A stretch of DNA of 64,000 bases from Euglena gracilis (taxonomy: Eukaryota), in the NCBI GenBank assembly GCA_039621445.1, contig CP154954.1:682001-746000 (forward strand). Direction: 5' to 3'. Every line of letters begins with the position of its first letter. Position 1 is the first letter of the stretch. The notes under the pieces are model-generated. The model worked only from the letters and a program-made list of their open reading frames with translations, was not told the DNA's origin and did not search any database. Shown in pieces: positions 12,444 through 22,855 of this stretch. Position numbers and translations under genes: made by a program.

Positions 12444-13354
12444 CTATTTTCGATTTCAAAGAAAAATATCAATATATTAAATTTTTTATGTATTAAATAA
12501 CTTGATACATAATTATTAGTAGTCACTACGTTTTTTATACGTAATATTATTTCCTTAACACATGGTTTTTTATATAAAAATAGGTCAATTTTTTTTATTA
12601 TTTTTTTAGAAAAAAAAAAATGCTTTGTAGACTATGTGGTAACTACATTTCAGTATCGTAATTAGTACGACAGCTCGAATTTGGGTTTTGCAATTTTTTT
12701 TTTCATTTTTTTTTTTTTTTTGCAAATAGGGGGGGGTTGTTCTAAAATTCGGTGATTTTATTTATGGGAGATTTTTATGCATTCAATAGTGCCGGGTAAA
12801 AATTGGCATGTTTTTATTAAGACAGGATTCGGTAGTTTTGAGGATTTTAACTTATTATTCATCAAAAAAAGCAATTTCTTACATTTTATTTATGATTTTT
12901 AGGATGTATTTATTCAGAAAATTTATTTTTTTCTTTAAGCAAAACTGTGTTATTTTTTTTGCTTATATATTTTTCCTTGATTCCAGAGTTCTTGCAATTT
13001 ACTTCGGGATTTTTTAAAATTTAACCTACAACGAAATTGTAGTTAAGATATATTTTAATGATCTATTTTTTATATTTTTTAAAAAGTTGTTATTTGTTAT
13101 TATTTTTTTTTTCAATTAAGATTTTTATATTTTTCACACTCATTTTTTTTTAAAAAAATTATTATTATAGAAAAAAAATCCTTAATTGGTAACGTTGTGA
13201 TTATGTTACTTCATCGTAGTGGGTCGCAAGTTCGAATTGAAGGTTTGCAAATTTTTTTTTTCATTTTTTTTTTTTTTTTGCATAATGGAGATATGGAAGT
13301 TTGAGGTTTTCAAAAAATGATTTATTTTTTTATTTATGGGAGATTTTATTATGT
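12444..13354 (+). repeat. Direct repeat copy 2
   Basis: Near-identical to 11177-12087. Confidence 0.95.
12777..13017 (+). pseudogene. Second copy of the truncated N-terminal paralog
   Basis: Matches 11509-11749; a third, inverted copy lies at 10113-10353. Confidence 0.9.
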
Positions 13355-14391
13355 ATTCAATGGTTCCAGGAAAAAACTGGCATGTTTTTATTAAAACAGG
13401 GTTCGGTAGTTTTGAGGATTTTAACTTATTATTCATCAAAAAGTGGAAAGAGTTAATTAATTATAACTCTATTTCTTTTATTATTTATGGTTTTGATTTG
13501 TCTGAAAATAATTTAAACAACTTTTGTGAAGTGACTATAGAGGTCTATATAGAATTTAATAAAAATTACCGAAGGCATGGTCTTAAAAAATTATTTTCTT
13601 TTGAAAAAAATTCTGTTATTGTAGAAAAGGGATCGAGTAGTAAAACTTCACTTGATAATTTTTTTTCTAAAACAGGGAATAAAAACATTGAAGTTTGTTG
13701 GTCAGGTGTTCCAAGGTTTGAAAATGGTTTAAAAAATTCTTTAAGTTTTGATTTTGTTATTAAAAATAATTTATTAAGTCGTGCGCGAAAAGATCATTGT
13801 TTTCCTTCGTTTTTTTCTAAATTGATTTCCAATTCCTCAGAAAATTATTTAAAAGTGAAAGAAAAAATAACAGAAGAGAAAAAGGAATTAGAAATAAATG
13901 ATTCTAATAATTTTTTACACGATCATTTTAATGTTTTGAAAGCTAATGATCAATTTTTAAACATCATTGAAAAATATATAATAGAGTACAAAAATTTGTT
14001 TTTTTTAACGAGTAAAAACGATGCAATAAAACTTCGTTCTATGTTGTTGAAGTATATATCTGAAGTCGCAGTATTAGAAAATAGTATCTCAAATTCTAAT
14101 ATTTCTAATATTTTTTTATTTAAGCAAGCTTCTAAGTTTTATAAACATAATTCTTTAAAAAACGATAATTATAAAAACTGGGATTTTAACTGGATTTTTG
14201 TGGAAATGCTTCTTATTTTTTTTCTAGAAAAAGCAAAAAATAAAAAAATTGATAAATTTGAATTATATACTTTAGTGAACAAAGAAATTTATGGTGAAGA
14301 ACAGTTAGATATAATGGTTAAAAACTTTAGAAAAAGAGCTTGTGAAAATGTCGATTTACGGCAGATTCGGTCTTCATTGCCTTGTTTTTGA
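13336..14391 (+). CDS. 351-aa plastid ORF (probably the E. gracilis ORF350 type) with an N-terminal degenerate HUH/Rep-like domain
   Basis: Long open frame in very AT-rich DNA; spacing of KNWHVF / FIIYG / YIEFNK..LKKLF / VEKGSSS / FFSKTGN follows circo/nanovirus Rep (by-eye comparison). The ORF350 identity is from recall. Confidence 0.8.
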   Translation: MGDFIMYSMVPGKNWHVFIKTGFGSFEDFNLLFIKKWKELINYNSISFIIYGFDLSENNLNNFCEVTIEVYIEFNKNYRRHGLKKLFSFEKNSVIVEKGSSSKTSLDNFFSKTGNKNIEVCWSGVPRFENGLKNSLSFDFVIKNNLLSRARKDHCFPSFFSKLISNSSENYLKVKEKITEEKKELEINDSNNFLHDHFNVLKANDQFLNIIEKYIIEYKNLFFLTSKNDAIKLRSMLLKYISEVAVLENSISNSNISNIFLFKQASKFYKHNSLKNDNYKNWDFNWIFVEMLLIFFLEKAKNKKIDKFELYTLVNKEIYGEEQLDIMVKNFRKRACENVDLRQIRSSLPCF

Positions 14392-14749
14392 TTTTTATAT
14401 AGGGAGAAAAGTATGACAAAAAAAGAAGAAAAAAATTTAAATAATACAAAAATCAATTTAACAGTAAAAAAAATTTATAAAAAATATTGTTCTTATAAAG
14501 CACAATATGATGAAAAAAACCTGGACCAAAAATTTAGTTGAAAGCTTTTTTTTTTTATCATTGAAAATGGGCATATTTTAAACGTAGTAGAAGTAGAATA
14601 TTTTTCTTAAAGCGTGTCAAAAAAATCGATTAATTAAAATATAGTGTCATGGAAAATGTGATTATTCTATCACTTATTTAAATATGCTTTTTTATCAATG
14701 TCAATTTGTAGAATAATTGGCGTTTTTTTTGATGGAGTATAGTGAGTTT

Positions 14750-15633
14750 GCCTACTTTTTACCTTATTAAATTAATAAATTTAAAATTGACTTATTAAAA
14801 ACTTATAGGGAGTAAATATTAAGGAAGTACCTTATCAGGATTTTGATAAGTATTCTCACTATTGAGGTTAAATATGGATTAGTTGATTATGCGTTAGTAC
14901 GAGAATTTCATAGAACAGGTGGACCCTCATGTGCATTCGTATTTTATTAAAGAAGTCGATACTAAATTGGCAAATTTTTTCGATATATCTATTGATTCTA
15001 AAATTTATAGGCCAGAGTTAACAATGAGAAAGATTTGCTCGACTATTTAATAAAACAAATATTTAACTTTGTGGATGCTTCAGAAAATTTCATGGCTTCG
15101 GAATCAATTCTTAAAAAATATGGTAAATATTTTCAATATCTTCCTTTGGAAGAAAGGATGATTGAATTAGTGAAAAAAGGGGACATAGAAAATGCTATGT
15201 TACTGTTTGAAAAAGAAAAACCTTCAGAATTTGTATATAAGGGCGACGCTATTGAACGTCAATTAAGAAACATATATTTAAGTACGAGATTAGGTGTGAA
15301 ATAAAAAATTAATTTTAATGAATACATAATACCCAAAGACTTAAGGTGGATGTTGGATATTTATGAATCCCATCTAAATATGGGTAAAAATAAGGTATTT
15401 TTAATTTTAGGCAGTGAACATAGATATTTAATCGATTTTTTCGAATCTTATTTGCAATTTAAAGGCTTTTATCCTTTAGTAGTTAAGAAATCCAAGGATT
15501 TACTGAAATTAAACAATACTTATCATTATGATGCGATAATTTTTGTCAACTCAAATATCCTTGAATATCAAAATGTAAATGAGATAAAAAACATGTTCAA
15601 CTCTTTAGAAACGACGTTAACTGCTTATTATGG
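14750..15633 (+). pseudogene. Geminivirus-like rolling-circle Rep pseudogene (probably the ORF406-type locus)
   Basis: VREFHRTG/DPHVH (14897-14936), NFFDI..IYRP (14973-15014), DYLIK (15041-15055), AMLLFEKEKPSEFV..LRNIY, and decayed helicase; at least 2 frameshifts and a stop at 15302. Confidence 0.78.
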
Positions 15634-15780
15634 AATATCTTTGATAAAGGTAGGGTCGTGGATTAAAGCCTTTCGTTCAACTTGCATGTGTTAAGCATAG
15701 CTAAATATTGCTTTTCGTTAAAATTGTAAGGCGTAGGTCTCCAAAACCTGATGTAGTAGGTTCGAATCCTACAAAGCGCG
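15633..15780 (+). pseudogene. Mosaic leader: partial pseudo-trnI, inverted 16S fragment, pseudo-trnW
   Basis: TTTGATAAAGGTAGGGTCG resembles the trnI anticodon arm; CGTAGGTCTCCAAAACCTGATGTAGTAGGTTCGAATCCTACA is identical to the 3' part of trnW, with a decayed D arm. Confidence 0.8.
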
Positions 15781-15861
15781 CTTTTAGTGTACACATTATA
15801 GTAAATGTGCCCCTTGCTTGGTCACCAAGAGGGTGAAAGGATTTGACCAACTTTGATGTTT

Positions 15862-16605
15862 TGGAAATGACGAGTTTGATCCTTGCTCAGGGTGAACGCT
15901 GGCGGTATGCTTAACACATGCAAGTTGAACGAAATTACTAGCAATAGTAATTTAGTGGCGGACGGGTGAGTAATATGTAAGAATCTGCGCTTGGGTGAGG
16001 AATAACAGATGGAAACGTTTGCTAATGCCTCATAATTTACTAGATCTATGTGAGTAGCTAGTTAAAGAGAATTTCGCCTAGGCATGAGCTTGCATCTGAT
16101 TAGCTTGTTGGTGAGGTAAAGGCTTACCAAGGCGACGATCAGTAGCTGATTTGAGAGGATGATCAGCCACACTGGGATTGAGAACGGAACAGACTTTTAC
16201 GGAAGGCAGCAGTGAGGAATTTTCCGCAATGGGCGCAAGCCTGACGGAGCAATACCGCGTGAAGGAAGAAGGCCTTTGGGTTGTAAACTTCTTTTCTCAA
16301 AGAAGAAGAAATGACGGTATTTGAGGAATAAGCATCGGCTAATTCCGTGCCAGCAGCCGCGGTAATACGGGAGATGCGAGCGTTATCCGGAATTATTGGG
16401 CGTAAAGAGTTTGTAGGCGGTCAAGTGTGTTTAATGTTAAAAGTCAAAGCTTAACTTTGGAAGGGCATTAAAAACTGCTAGACTTGAGTATGGTAGGGGT
16501 GAAGGGAATTTCCAGTGTAGCGGTGAAATGCGTAGAGATTGGAAAGAACACCAATGGCGAAGGCACTTTTCTAGGCCAATACTGACGCTGAGAAACGAAA
16601 GCTGA

Positions 16606-16637
<32 letters not shown>

Positions 16638-16730
16638 TTGGCCGTAAACTATGGATACTAAGTGGTGCTGAAAGTGCACTGCTGTAGTTAACACGTTAAG
16701 TATCCCGCCTGGGGAGTACGCTTGCACAAG

Positions 16731-16811
<81 letters not shown>

Positions 16812-16879
16812 AGGATTTGACAGGATCTAGGAGGAAGTTTGAAAGAACGCAGTACCTTCGGGTATCTAGACACAGGTGG

Positions 16880-16931
<52 letters not shown>

Positions 16932-17191
16932 CCTTTTTTTTAATTAACGCTTGTCATTTAGAAATACTGCTGGTTATTACCAGAGGAAGGTGAGGACGAC
17001 GTCAAGTCATCATGCCCCTTATATCCTGGGCTACACACGTGCTACAATGGTTAAGACAATAAGTTGCAATTTTGTGAAAATGAGCTAATCTTAAAACTTA
17101 GCCTAAGTTCGGATTGTAGGCTGAAACTCGCCTACATGAAGCCGGAATCGCTAGTAATCGCCGGTCAGCTATACGGCGGTGAATACGTTCT

Positions 17192-17228
<37 letters not shown>

Positions 17229-17348
17229 TGGCTGTGCCCGAAGTTATTATCTTGCCTGAAAAGAGGGAAATACCTAAGGCCTGGCTGGTGACTGGGGTGA
17301 AGTCGTAACAAGGTAGCCGTACTGGAAGGTGTGGCTGGAACAACTCCC
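15862..17348 (+). rRNA. rrs: 16S rRNA, operon 1 (9-nt deletion allele)
   Basis: AGTTTGATCC, GTGCCAGCAGCCGCGGTAA and AAGTCGTAACAAGG motifs. Confidence 0.97.
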
Positions 17349-17434
17349 TTTAGTTTTTTAACTAAAAAAATGTATAGATTGAAAACAATGAAAAATAAAA
17401 AAAATAAGTAGGGAAACCTCTTATTTTTCCAAGA

Positions 17435-17508
17435 GGGCTATTAGCTCAGTTGGTTAGAGCATACCCTTGATAAGGGTAAGGTCGCTAGTTCAAGTCTAGC
17501 ATGGCCCT
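17435..17508 (+). tRNA. trnI: tRNA-Ile(GAU)
   Basis: Cloverleaf; anticodon loop TTGATAA. Confidence 0.96.
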
Positions 17509-17517
17509 CTTGGTTTT

Positions 17518-17590
17518 GGGGGTATAGCTCAGTTGGTAGAGCGCTGCCTTTGCAAGGCAGATGTCAGCGGTTCGAGTCCGCTTATCTCCA
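17518..17590 (+). tRNA. trnA: tRNA-Ala(UGC)
   Basis: Cloverleaf; anticodon loop TTTGCAA. Confidence 0.96.
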
Positions 17591-17607
17591 AAAAGGTTTT
17601 GATGTAG

Positions 17608-19528
17608 GTTCAAATGAACAAGGGCTTATGCGGGATTGCTTGGCATTTAGAGTCGAAGAAGGGCGTAGAAATTAACGATATGCTTTAGGGAGCTAAAGAC
17701 GAGCTTTAATCTAAAGATTCCCGAATGGGGCAACCTATTACTTTAACATTACAATGAAATGGTATACAAATAATGTAGAGAACTTGGTGAACTGAAACAT
17801 CTTAGTAGCCGAAGGAAAAGAAAGCAAAAGCGATTTTCTTATTAGTGGCGAGCTAACGGAAATCAGCCTAAACCTTTATGGGTGTTGTGGGTATATTATA
17901 ATTACTGAAAAAGATAGAGAATTTGTTGAAAACAAAATCAAAGAGGGTTTTAAATCCCGTATTTGTTTTTAAAAAGTAATTTTTGATTTTCCCGAGTAGC
18001 ATAGAGCACGTGGAATTCTGTGTGAATCAGCGAGGACCATCTCGTAAGGCTAAATACTCCTAAATGACCGATAGTGTACGAGTACCGTGAGGGAAAGCTG
18101 AAATAGAACACTGAGAAGTGAGTGAAATAGAATATGAAAGCATAAGTTTACAAGCAGTAGGAGATCTATTTAAAGATTGACTGTGTGCCTGTTGAAGAAT
18201 GAGCCGGCGACTTATAGGTGATGGCAAGGTTAAGGTTTTTCCGGAGCCATAGTGAAATCGAGCTTAAATAAAGCGAAAAACTTTCTTCTTGAAAGTTTAT
18301 GTCATTGCTTATAGACCCGAACCCAGGTGATCTAATCATGGTCAGGTTGAAGTTTTGGTAAAACAGAATGGAGGACCGAACCCACCAATGTTGAAAAATT
18401 GGGGGATGAACTGTGATTAGGGGAGAAATTCCAATCGAACTTGGAGCTAGCTGGATCTCTTCGAAATGCGTTGAGGCGCAGCGTTTAATTATGGTAAACA
18501 TTAGGGGTAAAGCACTGTTTCGATGCGGGCTATGAAAATGGTACCAAGTTGTGGCAAACTCTGAATACTAAGTTATATTTCAATTAATCAGTGAGACAGT
18601 GGGGGATAAGCTTCATTGTCAAGAGGGAAACAGCCCAGATCACTACTTAAGGCCCCTAAATAATTACTAAGTGGTAAAGGATGTACTATTACATAGACAA
18701 CCAGGAGGTTGGCTTAGAAGCAGCCATTCCTTTAAAAAGTGCGTAATAGCTTACTGGTCAAGTGATAGTGCGCCGAAAATGAACGGGACTAAGTAATTTG
18801 CCGAAGGTGTGAGAGAAATCGGTAGAAGAGCGTTCTGTGTTGAAGAGAAGGAATAGTGAAAATAGTTCTGGATTAAACAGAAGTGAGAATGTCGGCTTAA
18901 GTAACGAAAACATTGGTGAAAATCCTATGCTCCGAAAACCTAAGGTTTCCTTAGCCAGGTTCGTCCTCTAAGGGTTAGTCAGGTCCTAAAATAAGGTTTA
19001 ACAACGTAAATTGATGGATGACAGGTTAATATTCCTGTACCGAATGCTCACTTGTAAGGAGTGACGAAAAAGGCTAGATCGGCCACGTGATGGTTTGTGG
19101 TTTAAGGGTTCAAGAGGTATCAAATATTAAAAAAAATATTTTGTCTTAAGGCCTGAATAGTATAAATACTACGGTATTGAAAGTGATTGATGTCATGTTT
19201 CCAAGAAAAACTTTTGTTTATGTATAGTGAGCTCGCCTGTACCGTAAACTGACACAGGTAGGTTAGTAGAATATACTAAGGAGCGCGAGATAACTCTTTC
19301 TAAGGAACTCGGCAAAATGACTTCGTAACTTCGGAAGAAGAAGTACCTCTAATGAGGTGGCAGAAAAGAGGTCCAAGCGACTGCTTACCAAAAGCACAGG
19401 TCTCCGCGAAGTTGAAAAACCATGTATGGGGGCCGAGGCCTGCTCAGTGCAGGAAGGTTAAAGAAATTGGTTAGCGTAAGCAAAGCTAGTGACTGAAGCC
19501 CCTGTGAACAGCGGCAATAACTATAATT

Positions 19529-19581
<53 letters not shown>

Positions 19582-20069
19582 TTAACGATTTGGACACTGT
19601 CTCAGAAAGAGACTCGGTGAAATAGAATTGACTGTGAAGATGCGGTCTACTTGCACTTGGACAGAAAGACCCTATGAAGCTTTACTGTATCCTGAAATTG
19701 GTTTCGGGCTTTTTTTGCGCAGAATAGGTGGGAGGCTATGATCTTGTCTTTTGGGATACGGGGAGCCGAAAAATGAGATACCACTCTGAGAAAGCTAGAA
19801 ATCTAATCTTAATCTTATGTACAATCATGATAATTGACAGTTTCAGGCGGGCAGTTTTACTGGGGCGGTAGCCTCCTAAAAAGTAACGGAGGCGTACAAA
19901 GGTTTTCTCAGGCTAGACGGAAATTAGTTGTGGAGTGTAAAGGCATAAGAAAGCTTGACTGTGAGACTTATAAGTCAAACAGAGACTAAAGTCGGTCTTA
20001 GTGACCCGACGGTGCTGTATGGAAAGGCCGTCGTAAACAGATAAAAGTTACTCTAGGGATAACAGGCTG

Positions 20070-20129
<60 letters not shown>

Positions 20130-20146
20130 ACCTGGGGCGGTAGTAC

Positions 20147-20181
<35 letters not shown>

Positions 20182-20497
20182 TACGTGAGCTGGGTTCAGA
20201 ACGTCGAGAGACAGTTCGGTCCATATCCGGTGTGAGCGTTAGAGTATTGAAAGGCGCTTTCCTTAGTACGAGAGGACCGGGAAGGACGCACCACTGATGT
20301 ACCAGTTTTTGTGCCAACAGAATACGCTGGGTAGTCAAGTGCGGAGTGGATAACTGCTGAAAGCATATAAGTAGGAAGCCCACCTTAAGATAAGTACTCT
20401 TCATAGGTCACGGTAAGACGAACCGTTTGATAGGTATTAGGTGTACAATTGGTAACAATTTTAGCCGAGATATACTAACCGACCGAAAATTTTTTCC
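17608..20497 (+). rRNA. rrl: 23S rRNA, operon 1 (ends approximate)
   Basis: GAACTGAAACATCTTAGTA, peptidyl-transferase loop and sarcin-ricin loop AGTACGAGAGGACC. Confidence 0.96.
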
Positions 20498-20571
20498 TAT
20501 ATGAAAACAAAACATTTATTTTTACTTGTCACTTTTTTAAGATTTAAAAGTTTCTTGAATGAACTTTTATT

Positions 20572-20688
20572 TTAGGGTGCTCTTGTCTTTATGGATCCAC
20601 TTAAAACATTTCGAACTTGCAAGTTAAACATAAAGGGTAAATAGATACTTGAAAGGTTACTTTCCGGGAAAAGATTTTAGTGCCCTTA
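20572..20688 (+). rRNA. rrf: 5S rRNA, operon 1
   Basis: ~117 nt with complementary ends (AGGGTGCT/AGTGCCCT), downstream of 23S. Confidence 0.85.
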
Positions 20689-21540
20689 TGGGAAGTTTAA
20701 TTTATTTAATTGTCTCTTAGTGAGTTTATTTATTAATATTAACTCGATTTTCGAGTAATTTTTATGACTGCCGTTACGTTAGTGTTTTATTGCATGGATA
20801 AATGTATTGTGGTATAATTAAACCAAGGAATTTGTCAAACCACGTTTCCTTTAAGTTTGAATTTTTTTTGGCCAAAACATGATGCTTCCGAAAAAATAAG
20901 ACAATCTGTTTATAGAAATCAGTGAATTTCGTAATATTTTTCTTTTAAAATTTTAAACGATATGAATAATATCCTCGAGTGTTTGGAAAATGACTATGTT
21001 TCTTCGCTAATATAAAAGATTAATCACAAAATTCAACAAGATAGGTTGAATCATAGTGAGAATATTAGGTAATCTTCTGATAAGAGTTTTATTTTGTTGT
21101 ACATTATAGTTATTGCTACTTTGTATTTGGTTCTTTGTGTTATGTGTGTGCTTTTTAGTTGTAAATTTTTTGCTAGTAAGAAGCGTGTCGTTCATTGTCG
21201 ATTTGGACGAATATTTATAAAATGCTACAAGAGACCAAAATGTCTTTATACTTCTTATATTGCTGCTGAGTACCCTATATTTTGTGATATTGAAAAATAT
21301 TAAGGTAAGGTTCCTAGACTTTCATACGTAAATGCTCATGCGCACAGTTTAGGTGTTATGCTTTTATCCCTGATCTTGTGAATTCTTTTCATTCACAAGA
21401 AATAACTTAGCTTAATTCCTAGTGTAAATTTTTCCGTACTTTAACGTGTGGCTGGGACAATTTTTTTATTTTTAATTAAAATACCGTATAAATTTTAAAA
21501 AATAAAAAAATCAAAAGGAAAATTTTTTATTTTTCAAAGA

Positions 21541-21691
21541 TCACTATTATCTTTTATTATTATAGAATACCTTTGATAAGGGTAGGGTCGTGGATTGAAT
21601 CCTTGTATTAGCCAAATATTTCTTTTCTTTAAAATCCTAAGGCGTAGGTCTCCAAAACCTGATGTAGTAGGTTCGAATCCTACAAAGCGCG
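21541..21691 (+). pseudogene. Pseudo-trnI and pseudo-trnW, operon 2 leader
   Basis: ATACCTTTGATAAGGGTAGGGTCG matches trnI; 3' part of trnW is retained. Confidence 0.8.
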
Positions 21692-21772
21692 CTTTTAGTG
21701 GGCACATTATAGTAAATGTGCCCCTTGCTTGGTCACCAAGAGGGTGAGAGGATTTGACCAACTTTGATGTTT

Positions 21773-22516
21773 TGGAAATGACGAGTTTGATCCTTGCTCA
21801 GGGTGAACGCTGGCGGTATGCTTAACACATGCAAGTTGAACGAAATTACTAGCAATAGTAATTTAGTGGCGGACGGGTGAGTAATATGTAAGAATCTGCG
21901 CTTGGGTGAGGAATAACAGATGGAAACGTTTGCTAATGCCTCATAATTTACTAGATCTATGTGAGTAGCTAGTTAAAGAGAATTTCGCCTAGGCATGAGC
22001 TTGCATCTGATTAGCTTGTTGGTGAGGTAAAGGCTTACCAAGGCGACGATCAGTAGCTGATTTGAGAGGATGATCAGCCACACTGGGATTGAGAACGGAA
22101 CAGACTTCTACGGAAGGCAGCAGTGAGGAATTTTCCGCAATGGGCGCAAGCCTGACGGAGCAATACCGCGTGAAGGAAGACGGCCTTTGGGTTGTAAACT
22201 TCTTTTCTCAAAGAAGAAGAAATGACGGTATTTGAGGAATAAGCATCGGCTAATTCCGTGCCAGCAGCCGCGGTAATACGGGAGATGCGAGCGTTATCCG
22301 GAATTATTGGGCGTAAAGAGTTTGTAGGCGGTCAAGTGTGTTTAATGTTAAAAGTCAAAGCTTAACTTTGGAAGGGCATTAAAAACTGCTAGACTTGAGT
22401 ATGGTAGGGGTGAAGGGAATTTCCAGTGTAGCGGTGAAATGCGTAGAGATTGGAAAGAACACCAATGGCGAAGGCACTTTTCTAGGCCAATACTGACGCT
22501 GAGAAACGAAAGCTGA

Positions 22517-22548
<32 letters not shown>

Positions 22549-22641
22549 TTGGCCGTAAACTATGGATACTAAGTGGTGCTGAAAGTGCACTGCTGTAGTT
22601 AACACGTTAAGTATCCCGCCTGGGGAGTACGCTTGCACAAG

Positions 22642-22722
<81 letters not shown>

Positions 22723-22790
22723 AGGATTTGACAGGATCTAGGAGGAAGTTTGAAAGAACGCAGTACCTTCGGGTATCTAGACACAGGTGG

Positions 22791-22855
<65 letters not shown>

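Larger units (their letters stand above)
12307..21970 (+). repeat. Right arm of palindrome 1
   Basis: Reverse complement of 1160-10824. Confidence 0.97.

Noticed and set aside
11177-13354. CRISPR-like array
   Set aside because: Long duplications without short repeat-spacer periodicity; no cas genes.
1160-21970. Canonical plastid inverted repeat
   Set aside because: The arm ends mid-16S at a psaB intron and the loop is only 1.5 kb; the rDNA here is tandem.
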